64,000 bases of DNA from an uncultured Bacilli bacterium (GCA_944355355.1 CALVQE010000001.1:3175-67174), one strand, 5' to 3'. Numbered from the stretch's first letter, positions 1 to 10,582 are shown. Numbers and translations are program-made. Notes: generated from the sequence alone by a model not told the origin.

Positions 1-186
1 TCCTTCTTTTCTTAATAAAAGAAATAATATATCTAACACAATTATTTTTATGTTGCCAACTCATATTTGAAGACAATTTGGGATATATTAATTTATTTAT
101 ATCTTCTCTTGAGGCAGCACCAAATTTATAGTCTTATTCACTAGACTGTATATTAATCTGAGAAAGTTAGACTCCGTCAATATCTA

Positions 187-948
187 TCATTCATCAATTT
201 CTATAAAATTATCTTTTAATTTTATTTTTAAAATTTCCATAGCCTTATCAAAATTATAATCAACAACCAAAAGCGGAAAAGTACTTAACACATAAATTTC
301 ATTTTTTTCTTTCTTTAAACTAAGCTGAGAATCTAAAATAGCTCCATGATCAATATATGTATTTTTTAATCCTGTGATATATTGCGCTTTATTATAATTA
401 TGCATTATGATGTAACATAAATCTTTTTTCGTAATTCTATTCTTTTTTAAACATGTTGAAGTATTCACTTGTCTTTTATATTTTCTGCCATTAAATCCAT
501 CTAATTTTACAGTCTTACTATTATAACCCAAATCAGGCAAAGAAGTTAAATCATAATAAGCCTCAACCATAGGATAATTAATATATAATTTACCCAATTC
601 GGTCTCATTATTAAACAAAGTTAACAAATCCTTTATCTTTTCATCAGAATACTTGTGATCCTGAGGCTCAAAATCAAAAATTAAATATATTGCACTAAAT
701 GCATTTTTAGACAAAACATCATCATCAATTTTTAATCCTTTCTCTAATCTCAAATAAGAAACTAAATCATCATATTCGCCATTTTTATAGGCTTCATATA
801 ATTCATATATAGGATTTGCAAACGGTACTATTTCATAATCTCCACCCATCAACGATAATAAACCATGACTGGCACTTCCCAGAATTCTTGGTTCTTCTAA
901 TTCACCCTCTACAATCAAAAGAATTTTAGACTTCAAATTCCCCTCCAA
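187..948 (-). CDS. Toprim-like (RloB/DUF4276-type) partner of the adjacent ATPase; AbiL-like two-gene module
   Basis: 253-aa ORF overlapping the ATPase gene by 23 nt. N-terminal KILLIVEGELEEP resembles the acidic EGxxE opening of RloB/OLD-type Toprim proteins. Family call from motif recall only. Confidence 0.45.
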   Translation of the reverse strand: MEGNLKSKILLIVEGELEEPRILGSASHGLLSLMGGDYEIVPFANPIYELYEAYKNGEYDDLVSYLRLEKGLKIDDDVLSKNAFSAIYLIFDFEPQDHKYSDEKIKDLLTLFNNETELGKLYINYPMVEAYYDLTSLPDLGYNSKTVKLDGFNGRKYKRQVNTSTCLKKNRITKKDLCYIIMHNYNKAQYITGLKNTYIDHGAILDSQLSLKKEKNEIYVLSTFPLLVVDYNFDKAMEILKIKLKDNFIEIDE

Positions 949-2077
949 GCATCATTTTCTCAAGATTATGAGCTTGCCTAATAGTTTTGTTAGTACTATC
1001 AGCAAAACTCAAAATTTTTCCATTTTTTAAAATTGCATAACAATCAGGACGCATTAATTCGTTATTAATTAAATACGTATTATGGGAAGTTAATATAGAT
1101 TGAAATTCTGTTTTATTATTTATATACTTTAAAATATAAGTAGATAATTCATAATGATAAAAAGCATCAAATTCGTCTAAAAAAACAAAAGAAATGTTAT
1201 CAGTTCTATTCATCCAATAAAAGAATAACCATAAAGAAAGTGTACCTGTTGATGCAACCACATCAAACCTCGCAGTATAATTTTTATATTTTACGCCAAT
1301 AATCTTACGACCGCCTTCACTAATTTCACACAATTTATAATTCTGTCCACAATCCTTTAAAAATTGTTCAAATTTAGATAATAATCGATTATTAATAACA
1401 AAATCATTCATGTCTTCCCTATTAGCCATTACACCCATAAATTCATTAGATCTAAGACTTCTAAACCATAGCATATTATTAACAAACTCCATCAGTAATT
1501 TAACAGCACTATTCTCATTCCAAAATAATGTATTATTATAAATATACTTTAAAACTGACATATCTTTATTACTTCTTTTAGAAATGTCTATTGTTTGAGC
1601 TTCTCCAATATTATTATCAAATTTATTCGTTTCATAATTATATTTAAACAAAATGTTATTATTCTCAATTAACTCTTCAGACAATAATTTTTCCCGAGGA
1701 TCTTTTTTATATGAATAAATTATTTTTTTATCATTTAATAAAAATTCATATTCAAATTCTACAATATTATCAACAAAATTACCATTTACATAATATGCAT
1801 AAATAATATTATCCACACCATAATTATCTGTTAAATGTGTAGTTATATCCATAATTGCAGCGCCTAAATTACTCTTACCAGAATTATTTGGACCATAAAT
1901 CAGCATTTTGTTAATCAATCCATTCTTAATTAATTCTTGATTAAACGCATAGTCTCTTTTTTTTGAAAAATCTAAAGTCAACTTTTCTCTAAAATTTTTA
2001 AAATTTTTAACACTAAATTTCTTCAACATAAGATTCACTCCCAAACTAATTATACCTCCTTTGTATCTTTTTTTCAA
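926..2077 (-). CDS. AAA_15/AAA_21-type (ABC/SMC-like) ATPase, defence-associated
   Basis: Walker A GPNNSGKSNLG and Walker B-like FVFLDEFDAFYH. The SVKNFKNF opening is typical of this family. The likely true start is MLKKFSVKNF at 2029. Confidence 0.75.
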   Translation of the reverse strand: MKKRYKGGIISLGVNLMLKKFSVKNFKNFREKLTLDFSKKRDYAFNQELIKNGLINKMLIYGPNNSGKSNLGAAIMDITTHLTDNYGVDNIIYAYYVNGNFVDNIVEFEYEFLLNDKKIIYSYKKDPREKLLSEELIENNNILFKYNYETNKFDNNIGEAQTIDISKRSNKDMSVLKYIYNNTLFWNENSAVKLLMEFVNNMLWFRSLRSNEFMGVMANREDMNDFVINNRLLSKFEQFLKDCGQNYKLCEISEGGRKIIGVKYKNYTARFDVVASTGTLSLWLFFYWMNRTDNISFVFLDEFDAFYHYELSTYILKYINNKTEFQSILTSHNTYLINNELMRPDCYAILKNGKILSFADSTNKTIRQAHNLEKMMLGGEFEV

Positions 2078-2314
2078 TGAGTGGTGTATTTTTTTTACAC
2101 CTAGTTTATATTATGCAATTATCTAAAAAAAAAATACTATCAAAAGTATTTATAATCAACTTTACCAAAATTTCAAATTAAAACTATTTTTTTATCTTTC
2201 CTGTGAACATCATAATCCACAGATATCTTTCTTCTTAAATTTATTAACTAAAATCTTTTAAACTACACATCTATAACAATTATCTTACTTACGTTATTTT
2301 AAGGGTCTAAAATC

Positions 2315-3385
2315 CTAATTCATTCCCGTAATAAGCATTCGCAGCACAGCCACTAAATTACGCTTAGTCGAACTAGGAACATTTTTAAACTCCTTCATAA
2401 TATTTAATAAAGTAGAAATTTTTAATTCCTTTAACTGCATAATATTTTGAATACTAGTTTTTTCAAAAACAGCAAAAAAAGTTTCCACAAAATTTTTGCG
2501 TTCCTCTTTTGACATTCCTTGTAAATACTCTTCTAAATTCATTTCTAATTTCTTACTTTTCTTTGATAAAATAGACGGAACAAAAAAACCACCGAAACAC
2601 TCCCAAGTAAAAGCATCGTGTTGCAAAACACCCTTTGCACTACTATTGACAACCATATAATCTCTATGCCCCAAAAGCATACCCACAACACTTTCCTTTG
2701 GAACAACCATCTTAAGTTTAGACTCCATCTCTTCATACAAAGAAGACGAAAGAACATCTTTTAAAAACCCAGGGCCATCAAAATTATAAACCTGAACAAC
2801 ACGTTTTTTAAAACTTTCTTTTCCATACATATAAGCATACATAGCCAAATTTCCACCTTTACTATGTCCACCCAAATAAACCTTACGATCAAACAAAGTC
2901 AAAGTAGTATTAAAATAATCAGCAGCATGTATTTGAGACTGAATTGGAAACTTATACATCAATTCAAAATCTTCTTTCCATCCAATCACTTCACTATCAG
3001 TACCTTCAAAAGAAAGATAAGTTATATCCCCAGCGCGAATTGTCAAAGCTCCAAACTGTCCATTTTTATCCGTCTTTATCACAAAATGACCTAATTTACA
3101 ACTAGTATATCTCTTAGAATTAGCAAGTATAACCATAAGCTTATAAGATGATGGAAAAAGCCAATCTTCTTTTTTAAAGTCTTTTTCACTATATTTACTC
3201 AAAAAAAGAACACAAGCCTGTTTTAAAGAAATTGTTTTAAAACGATCACTAGGAACAATATCCTTCAACTTAACATAACTTAAAAGAGCAAAAATAAGTC
3301 CATCAATATCATTAAAATGAACCTCATCAAAAGTTAAATTTCCATAATAATCTAAATAATAAAATACATTCTTCATGACTATCAC
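2315..3385 (-). CDS. DUF2974 (Mbeg1-like) alpha/beta hydrolase
   Basis: 356 aa with nucleophile elbow GHSKGGNLAMYA. Overall length and layout resemble DUF2974 lipase-like proteins. Confidence 0.6.
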   Translation of the reverse strand: MIVMKNVFYYLDYYGNLTFDEVHFNDIDGLIFALLSYVKLKDIVPSDRFKTISLKQACVLFLSKYSEKDFKKEDWLFPSSYKLMVILANSKRYTSCKLGHFVIKTDKNGQFGALTIRAGDITYLSFEGTDSEVIGWKEDFELMYKFPIQSQIHAADYFNTTLTLFDRKVYLGGHSKGGNLAMYAYMYGKESFKKRVVQVYNFDGPGFLKDVLSSSLYEEMESKLKMVVPKESVVGMLLGHRDYMVVNSSAKGVLQHDAFTWECFGGFFVPSILSKKSKKLEMNLEEYLQGMSKEERKNFVETFFAVFEKTSIQNIMQLKELKISTLLNIMKEFKNVPSSTKRNLVAVLRMLITGMN

Positions 3386-3457
3386 CTTTTTATCGACAAA
3401 TATTGAGTTCCAAGTAAAACTCTGATATAATTATTCTATCATAGAAAGTAGGATTAT

Positions 3458-4825
3458 ATGAAAAAAAGACGTAAAATGAAAAAGAAAGTGTTAAAGACCA
3501 TTATCCCTTTACTCATCGTCCTAGTTCTAGTCTTTGCAGCCTTCTTTACTTACAAATTTATTTTTAAAGAAAAAGAAAAACAATTTTTAGAAACAATAGA
3601 AACAGGTGTTTATGCTGACATCACCAAATATGCTATCTATGGCATACACATGAATCTAGAAGGTTCTATCACTTTACCAACAACCCCAAAAGATATTAAA
3701 CTAGTCCTATCTAATGGTCAAACTGAAATTGAAATACCTTGGATAGTAGAAGAACAAGAAACAACATACACATTTAAAACAAGTGAATATATTAATGAGG
3801 GTATCGTTCTAGAAGATCTTCCAAATGAAACTTTATACTTACTAATTAAAACAACTGAGACAAATGAAGAAAATGAAGACATAACTAAATATTATTCCGT
3901 TGAAAATGAAACAGAATATGAAAATCTAGAATATTATACACTAACCAAAAATGATAAAAATAATAAAATTGATATTGAATGGAACACTTACGAAGAATGT
4001 CCAACCCTAAGATTTAAAATCGAAGAAACAACTTTACCTGAAGATGTATACGATATCACTTTAGATCCTGGCCATGATGCATCTGATCCAGGAAAATCAA
4101 TATGTTTAAATGGCAATACAATATATGATCCATCTTCAAGTGGCTATTGTTACAACGGCGGAACACTTTATACTGAAGCCGATTTCAACTTATATGTATC
4201 CCTTGCCTTAAAAGAACAACTAGAACAACGAGGATTCAAAGTTATCATGACTAGAGACAGCGAAGATGACTATGTCAATATATATGAACCTATGGGCAGT
4301 GCCACAATGGCAAACGACACCAAATCAAAACTAAACCTTGCCATTCATCATAACTCATCTGGATATGATGGTGGTATAAGTTATTTAAAAGGCCTAGAAG
4401 TTTATATAGCAAATGATACAAATACCGATCTTGCTGAAATATTAGTAAAAAACATTACAAATACAGCAAACACAACAGCATCCCATAAAGAACTTTACAA
4501 AATTGGAAATGGAATCTACCAAAGATTCTTTACCGAAGAAGAAATAACCAGCAGTGATGTCCAGCCAAGTCGTTACACAACAAATACAAGTTGGTACTAC
4601 AACATGCGAGAAATTGGTGGAATATCAACAAACGCCTCAAATGATGGTCGTTTTGAAGACTACCCAATGAATGAACATTATAATTCAAACAATACAGCCG
4701 AAGCATATCTTCTTGAATTAGGTTACATGGACAACCTAACAGATATAACAAATATGATTAATAACCAAGATAAATATGCCGAGGCAATCGCTGATGCAAT
4801 TCAAGAATATTTAAATCAAGAATGA
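3458..4825 (+). CDS. membrane-anchored N-acetylmuramoyl-L-alanine amidase (Amidase_3)
   Basis: N-terminal basic stretch plus TM helix. LDPGHDASDPG and LAIHHNSS motifs of zinc amidases lie in the C-terminal half. Confidence 0.7.
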   Translation: MKKRRKMKKKVLKTIIPLLIVLVLVFAAFFTYKFIFKEKEKQFLETIETGVYADITKYAIYGIHMNLEGSITLPTTPKDIKLVLSNGQTEIEIPWIVEEQETTYTFKTSEYINEGIVLEDLPNETLYLLIKTTETNEENEDITKYYSVENETEYENLEYYTLTKNDKNNKIDIEWNTYEECPTLRFKIEETTLPEDVYDITLDPGHDASDPGKSICLNGNTIYDPSSSGYCYNGGTLYTEADFNLYVSLALKEQLEQRGFKVIMTRDSEDDYVNIYEPMGSATMANDTKSKLNLAIHHNSSGYDGGISYLKGLEVYIANDTNTDLAEILVKNITNTANTTASHKELYKIGNGIYQRFFTEEEITSSDVQPSRYTTNTSWYYNMREIGGISTNASNDGRFEDYPMNEHYNSNNTAEAYLLELGYMDNLTDITNMINNQDKYAEAIADAIQEYLNQE

Positions 4826-4838
4826 ATTATGTCATAAT

Positions 4839-4862
4839 AAACTCCTAAGAAAGGAGTTTTTT
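4839..4862 (+). terminator. intrinsic terminator after the amidase gene
   Basis: Hairpin AAACTCCT-aagaa-AGGAGTT followed by a T run. Confidence 0.6.
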
Positions 4863-5246
4863 ATGAATAGAAAATACGTACTATATGAAGACTTAAGAAA
4901 AGTAACCAAATCCAAGACCGAAACCCAAATAAAAAATAATAATCAAAATAGCCATTTCACACCTGAAAAAGAAACAGAGTCCTATAAATCTCAAGTTGTC
5001 CTAATAAAAACTCATGACAACCGTTATATAATTTAGAAGAAAGTAATCTCTTAACCTTATTAATAAAACTAAGAACATACATAAACCTACCATTTTTTCC
5101 TGAAGAACAACTTCTCTAACCTATGCCCCTCCAAGAAGGACAAATTTATGTAGACGAGAACACTTTAAATCCATATATATAAATCAATGGCCAACCAGCT
5201 AAAACAAAACTAAATTTAAAACGAGTTCGAAAGCTAAACAACAAAA

Positions 5247-5274
5247 AAAGAAATGACTTCAAAATCATTTCTTT
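5247..5274 (-). terminator. intrinsic terminator after htrA
   Basis: Minus strand AAAGAAATGA-ttttgaag-TCATTTCTTT followed by TTTTTG, directly after the htrA stop. Confidence 0.6.
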
Positions 5275-6438
5275 TTATTCAGCTTCTTGATCTAGAGTAA
5301 TCGTTAAATCCTTATAATCACTATCACGATATACTCGAACATTCATAGTATCACCAACGCTATGATTATAAAGTAAATAACGTAAATAAGCTAAATCACT
5401 AACGTCCTTACCATCAACCGCAACAATAACATCACCAGTTTTAATACCACCTTTATCAGCAGGTGATGAAGAAGTAACACTCTCAACATAAACACCATAG
5501 TCAATACCTATATTATTTAATGTTGGATAATGATAATACTGAGCTTCTGCCAAATTACGCATACTAATACCTAACTGAGGTCTTTTAATAGTTTCACCCT
5601 TTTCAAGCTTTTCAGCATAATTTAATGCTGTTTCGATTGGAATAGCAAAACCCATCCCTTCAATACTTGCTCCAGAAGAAAGACCACTAGAAGATAACTT
5701 TAAAGATGTAATACCAATTACTTCACCATTAGCATTAGCTAAAGGTCCACCTGAATTACCAGAATTTATCGCGGCATCTGTTTGTAAAACACTCATCATC
5801 ATATCTGCAGTAGAAGAATTACTTGTTGAAACACTAACTAACCGATTCTTACCAGAAACAATTCCTCTTGTTACAGAACCAGAATACGTATCAGAGTTTA
5901 TTGGAGCGCCAACTGTAAACACAGTATCTCCAACTCGAGCTTCTTCACTGCTACCCATCTCAGCAACAGCAAGTACTTCATCAGCACTTAAAGATAACAC
6001 AGCAATATCAGAATATGAATCTTTACCCTCAACCTTTGTCTCTACAATAGAACCATCAGTAAATTCAACATAAATCGCATCACCACTCTCAATAACATGA
6101 TTATTGGTTAAAATATACGCTTTATCTCCATCTTTCTTATAAACAAAACCTGTACCAGTTGCATACAACTGTTGATTAGAATATGTCCGTACAACAACAA
6201 CGGCATCATAAATCTTTTCAACCGCATCAGCAATACCTGTGTCAGTCACTGTTACATTCTTATTAATAACTTCTTCAGTAATTGTTTTTATAAAAGGATC
6301 TGGATAAAAATATATCAATAAATATAATCCACAAGCTCCTAGAAAAAACATTGCTATCGCAAGCACAATATAACGAACACAAAAATTTTTAGGCTTTACA
6401 TTTGTCTCATTATTTTCCATTTTATTTTTTCCTTTCAT
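5275..6438 (-). CDS. htrA: HtrA/DegP-family serine protease with PDZ domain
   Basis: N-terminal TM anchor, trypsin-fold motifs including GNSGGPL, and a C-terminal PDZ-like segment (GDVIVAVDG). Confidence 0.85.
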   Translation of the reverse strand: MKGKNKMENNETNVKPKNFCVRYIVLAIAMFFLGACGLYLLIYFYPDPFIKTITEEVINKNVTVTDTGIADAVEKIYDAVVVVRTYSNQQLYATGTGFVYKKDGDKAYILTNNHVIESGDAIYVEFTDGSIVETKVEGKDSYSDIAVLSLSADEVLAVAEMGSSEEARVGDTVFTVGAPINSDTYSGSVTRGIVSGKNRLVSVSTSNSSTADMMMSVLQTDAAINSGNSGGPLANANGEVIGITSLKLSSSGLSSGASIEGMGFAIPIETALNYAEKLEKGETIKRPQLGISMRNLAEAQYYHYPTLNNIGIDYGVYVESVTSSSPADKGGIKTGDVIVAVDGKDVSDLAYLRYLLYNHSVGDTMNVRVYRDSDYKDLTITLDQEAE

Positions 6439-7364
6439 AACTTCACCATCTCTTCATAATTAATCGGAAATCCCATTCTGTCTAAAACTTTTTCAACAGA
6501 AATCGTCTTTAAATGACCTGACAATACTTGAATCTCATATTCTACTTCACTCATTAACAAGAAAAAATCATCTTTTCGTAACAATTGCTTCAAAATAATA
6601 ATAATCGCGAACAAATCATTTTTTCCATAAATGTATTCATCATTCATTTTAGGAATGTTTAATAATTGATGATATTTAGTATCCTCAATATCCCGTTGAG
6701 CACGATGATCATACAAAACATCTTCATGAGCACACAAATTACGAAAATTAGCTAAAATCGGCAAATAAACAATCAATTGATCCACTGAAACGCCAAAATC
6801 TTGAGCAATTTCAGCTTGATTTTCTGGTTTTAATATTTGATACATCTCACTAACAATACCAAAAGATAATATTTTCACAACTATCCATAAAGGAATATAC
6901 CCATATTTATCAATATAATGCATCGTAGCTTGATGTTGTCCACCATTAATCCGTATTTGACGTTTCATTTTTCGTAACAAATCATCAACTTGTTTCTTTC
7001 GCTTACGATCACTAGTAAAGTTCTTAGGATTCAAATACTCCTCTTCTCGAATACCATAATGTTTCGATAAATTATATGCCGTTATACTCTTAATATTATT
7101 TTCAATAATAAGTAAATTTTTAAAAATAATATTTCGTAAATGACGATCAAATTGAAACATCGAATAAACTTCTTCAAAAGTAGTTCCCGAAAGAAACTTT
7201 TTATTACTTGAGCTTTCCATAAAAAGAAGACGATAACCATTAATAAAGAAATAATTTTCTCTCAATAGAATATCTTTCGTTTCTTCAATGTCAGATATCA
7301 CAAGCCCTTTACTTTGCATAATGTGAACTTGTTCATCGAGCGTTTTAAATACCTTCTGCATCAC
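6435..7364 (-). CDS. Abi_2 family (AbiD/AbiF-like) abortive-infection-type protein
   Basis: N-terminus KTLDEQVHIMQSKGLVI...NYFFINGYRL and the FRNLCAHEDVLYD motif are typical of Abi_2. The stop overlaps the htrA start (ATGA). Confidence 0.7.
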   Translation of the reverse strand: MMQKVFKTLDEQVHIMQSKGLVISDIEETKDILLRENYFFINGYRLLFMESSSNKKFLSGTTFEEVYSMFQFDRHLRNIIFKNLLIIENNIKSITAYNLSKHYGIREEEYLNPKNFTSDRKRKKQVDDLLRKMKRQIRINGGQHQATMHYIDKYGYIPLWIVVKILSFGIVSEMYQILKPENQAEIAQDFGVSVDQLIVYLPILANFRNLCAHEDVLYDHRAQRDIEDTKYHQLLNIPKMNDEYIYGKNDLFAIIIILKQLLRKDDFFLLMSEVEYEIQVLSGHLKTISVEKVLDRMGFPINYEEMVKL

Positions 7365-7493
7365 GCCACCCCATACTCTTTCAACATTATATCACAAAGT
7401 ACAAACATATTGTAAAAAGATTTCATGTCAAGTTTGTTAGAATTATGTGAAAAATTAGTGAAACACGCGTTATAATAAAAAAAGGAGGATAAT

Positions 7494-8459
7494 ATGCCAT
7501 CAATCGTAACTCATCATTTATTTGCTGAAGAAGTATATAACCACTTATCAACAAAAACGCAAAACAAACTAAAAAATGCATATCCCATATATCAAATTTT
7601 TGCCCAAAGCTTTGATAATCTTTTTTATTACAAATTCTTCACCCCATGGCAAGGCAAACAAATTAGAGCATTAGGAAATATTGCTCAAAAAAACAAAACA
7701 GATACATATTTTAAAAACCTTATTAACTTCATAAAACAAAATAATCTTATAGATAACCCCGACTTATTAGCCTACTTATATGGAAGCATCAACCATTATG
7801 TCTTAGACTACAACTGCCATCCCTTTGTATTCTACTACACTGGAGATCCCAAACTAAACAAAAAATATCGAGGTCTTCACGAAAAATTAGAAGTAAATAT
7901 GGATGCTTATATGTTAAAAAAACTACGAGGGAAAGAATTAAAAAAAGAAAAACTCGCTGATACTTTATTACCTATCATACATTTTAATTCTTACTTAAAA
8001 CAGGGAATTGATTATACATTTGAAAGTACTTTTAATATCCAAAATATGGGAAAAATTTATGAAAAAAGCTATCATACTGGTCACACAATTATAAAATACT
8101 TTGTTACAGATCATTTAGGAATTAAAAAACAAATTTATGGTATAGTAGATTTTTTTACTCCCCTATCCCATCGTCGTTATAAAAACTTAAGCTTTCATGT
8201 TACCAAAATCATTCCTGAATATACTAATGAACAACATGAAACATGGTTTAATCCTTGGAGTCTAGAACCATCAAACTTATCATTTTATGAACTATTTGAA
8301 AAATCTCAAACAATAGCAGTCAATTTAATTGAATCAATTGAAGCCTATTTCCAAAACCAAATTAATGAACAAGAACTAACCAATATTTTAAAAGATTATT
8401 CCTATACAACCGGCCTATCTTGGCGCATAGACACCCCTATTAAAAAACTAAAAAGATAA
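7494..8459 (+). CDS. zinc-dependent phospholipase C-like family protein
   Basis: MPSIVTHHLFAEEV opening and scattered His/Asp residues resemble cytoplasmic PLC-like zinc proteins of Firmicutes. Weak call. Confidence 0.4.
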   Translation: MPSIVTHHLFAEEVYNHLSTKTQNKLKNAYPIYQIFAQSFDNLFYYKFFTPWQGKQIRALGNIAQKNKTDTYFKNLINFIKQNNLIDNPDLLAYLYGSINHYVLDYNCHPFVFYYTGDPKLNKKYRGLHEKLEVNMDAYMLKKLRGKELKKEKLADTLLPIIHFNSYLKQGIDYTFESTFNIQNMGKIYEKSYHTGHTIIKYFVTDHLGIKKQIYGIVDFFTPLSHRRYKNLSFHVTKIIPEYTNEQHETWFNPWSLEPSNLSFYELFEKSQTIAVNLIESIEAYFQNQINEQELTNILKDYSYTTGLSWRIDTPIKKLKR

Positions 8460-9104
8460 CTACAAAAAACTTTCAACTAAATAAGTAGAAAACAAATCAA
8501 TATAATTATCGTCTAATAACCTTTTTCGTTCAGTCGAATTAGATAAAAAACCACATTCTACAAGAACACCAGGTATTTTCAATTTCGAATACATATAAAT
8601 AGTATTGGAAATTTTTTTTATTTCCCTATCCTTCTCTAATTTACTATTTAAATAATTTTGAATTTTTAAAGCAAGAGGTTGATTATCTTCTAACACATTA
8701 GAATAAAAAACCTGTGGTCCATCATAACTACTATCATCAAGATAATTAAGATGTATAGAAATATAATAATCTGCTTGACTATTATTAATCAACATAATAC
8801 GATGATCAAAATCACTTTTCTTACGATACACAGCTTTAGGTGTTCCCAAATCATAATCGCCTTCTCGGGTTAAGATCACCTTAGCTCCCTTTTCCATTAA
8901 CTTTTCCTTGACCTTTAGCACAATGGCTAAATTAATATCTTTTTCATAAACATCACCAACTACACTACCCGGATCAACTCCACCATGACCAGCATCCAAA
9001 ACAAAAACTTTTCCATCTAAAGGACCACTAGCCCGAACAAGATTAAATTGAAACACAAGAAAAAACAGAACAAACAAGAAAAAGCAAAAATAGTTTTTTT
9101 TCAT
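8460..9104 (-). CDS. cwlD: germination-specific N-acetylmuramoyl-L-alanine amidase
   Basis: Signal/TM segment, LDAGHGGVDPG and SIHLN motifs, about 210 aa. In Bacillus-type gene order cwlD lies near rpsI. Confidence 0.75.
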   Translation of the reverse strand: MKKNYFCFFLFVLFFLVFQFNLVRASGPLDGKVFVLDAGHGGVDPGSVVGDVYEKDINLAIVLKVKEKLMEKGAKVILTREGDYDLGTPKAVYRKKSDFDHRIMLINNSQADYYISIHLNYLDDSSYDGPQVFYSNVLEDNQPLALKIQNYLNSKLEKDREIKKISNTIYMYSKLKIPGVLVECGFLSNSTERKRLLDDNYIDLFSTYLVESFL

Positions 9105-9132
9105 ACCAAATTATATTCATAAAATATTATAA

Positions 9133-10242
9133 TCATTCTTTGATTTCTAATTTTTCTAAAAAACGCTCATAGTAATGTAGATTACTAATCATAAAATAGC
9201 CCTTATAACTTACTTTAGTAGCCTCATATTTATCTGAAGATTGTTTTTGTAATTTTCTTAATTTTCTTAAAATTTTACTCCGATTTCTACTAGTCGGAAA
9301 AATAAACAACCTTCTATTCTTAAGCACATAACGATAGCCCAAAAAATTAATCCCATCTTTTAAATTACGTATTTGTGTTTTTCGATTCAATTGCAACTTT
9401 AATTCTTTCTGCAAATAATTCTCAATCTTTTGCCAACAAACTTTTAAATATTCCTTATCGTTAGAAAAAAGTAAAAAATCATCCATATAACGAATATATT
9501 GTTTGATTCCTAAATCTTCCTTAATAAAATGGTCTAAGCCATTTAAATACAACAAAGCAAAAATTTGACTCGACATATTCCCAATTGGTAACCCCTTTCC
9601 CTTATGATACATTGGAATTCTTTCTAACTCTTCTTTCAAAGAATTATCCAAAACATTTAACTTTTCCTGGTCAACTAACTTAGAAATAATTGAATTAATG
9701 TGTATATCATCTGTACTAGAAACAATGTTACAAAGCAAACTATACAAATCATTATCAATAGGAAATTTTCTAACCATACTTAATAAAATATCATGATCAA
9801 TATTATAAAAATATTTAGAAATATCACACTTCAAAACGTACACGTAATCACCTTTCTTTTTTAAAAAATTAACATAATATTTAAAATAATCAATTGCAGA
9901 ACGTGATCCTTTTTCTTTTCTCGTTGCCACATTAGAAGAAATAAGCATCGGAAAAATAATAGGCTGTAAAACATATTTACTAACTAAATGATTAACAATT
10001 TTATCGGATAAACCCTCACTCATAATAAGACGATACTTTGGCTCATGAATTAAAAACAAATTATACTTACCATGGTTATATGTTCTCATTCTAAGTACCA
10101 TTTCAATGCTAAACAAATTACTAAAGTAAAACATCTCAAAGCGAAATAATTTTTTACGATGTTTAGTATTTTTCTTTATAATTCGATAAGCATCTTGAAG
10201 ATGATCAAAAGTAACAACATCATCATACTTTAGCATTTTCAT
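9133..10242 (-). CDS. DGR reverse transcriptase
   Basis: YMDD box (IRYMDDFLLF) and the DGR-typical LPIGNMSSQ motif. It is 369 aa and overlaps avd by 20 nt. Confidence 0.9.
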   Translation of the reverse strand: MKMLKYDDVVTFDHLQDAYRIIKKNTKHRKKLFRFEMFYFSNLFSIEMVLRMRTYNHGKYNLFLIHEPKYRLIMSEGLSDKIVNHLVSKYVLQPIIFPMLISSNVATRKEKGSRSAIDYFKYYVNFLKKKGDYVYVLKCDISKYFYNIDHDILLSMVRKFPIDNDLYSLLCNIVSSTDDIHINSIISKLVDQEKLNVLDNSLKEELERIPMYHKGKGLPIGNMSSQIFALLYLNGLDHFIKEDLGIKQYIRYMDDFLLFSNDKEYLKVCWQKIENYLQKELKLQLNRKTQIRNLKDGINFLGYRYVLKNRRLFIFPTSRNRSKILRKLRKLQKQSSDKYEATKVSYKGYFMISNLHYYERFLEKLEIKE

Positions 10243-10582
10243 TACGAATCACCCCATAAATCATCTTGCGAATTTCTACCAAAAATCGCCCAACAACATC
10301 TGACTGTCGTTTACTAATATACTTTCTTTCATAACACAAGATAACATAATAATTAACCATAGATAAATGAATTAAAATTTCTTTCAAATACTTTTCCTTA
10401 ATACGATACACATCTTGTATCTCATAAGAAAAAAGAAGCTCAATAAGTAAAAACATAGAATTTTCTAAACGATTTCTCAAAACCGTTTCTTTCTTTGGAA
10501 AATTAACAATCAATCGATCCAAATAACTATTTAACCGTTTCACCTTATTTAAAATATTAAAATTAGTATTCACTTTAAACAT
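10223..10582 (-). CDS. avd: Avd-like four-helix-bundle accessory variability determinant
   Basis: 119-aa basic helical protein immediately upstream of and overlapping the RT, downstream of TR. Confidence 0.7.
   Translation of the reverse strand: MFKVNTNFNILNKVKRLNSYLDRLIVNFPKKETVLRNRLENSMFLLIELLFSYEIQDVYRIKEKYLKEILIHLSMVNYYVILCYERKYISKRQSDVVGRFLVEIRKMIYGVIRNENAKV

Noticed and set aside
2545-3094. ORFs 2545-2757 (-) and 2864-3094 (+) inside or antisense to the DUF2974 gene
   Set aside because: They are embedded in a longer ORF that carries clear hydrolase motifs. Their low-complexity, Cys/Phe/Leu-rich translations are typical of off-frame reads in AT-rich DNA.
9133-10242. RT as a retron or group II intron reverse transcriptase
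   Set aside because: Avd, the TR/VR pair with adenine-only differences and the IGxxxSQ motif identify it as a DGR RT. I saw no intron maturase/endonuclease domains and no msr/msd-like structure.
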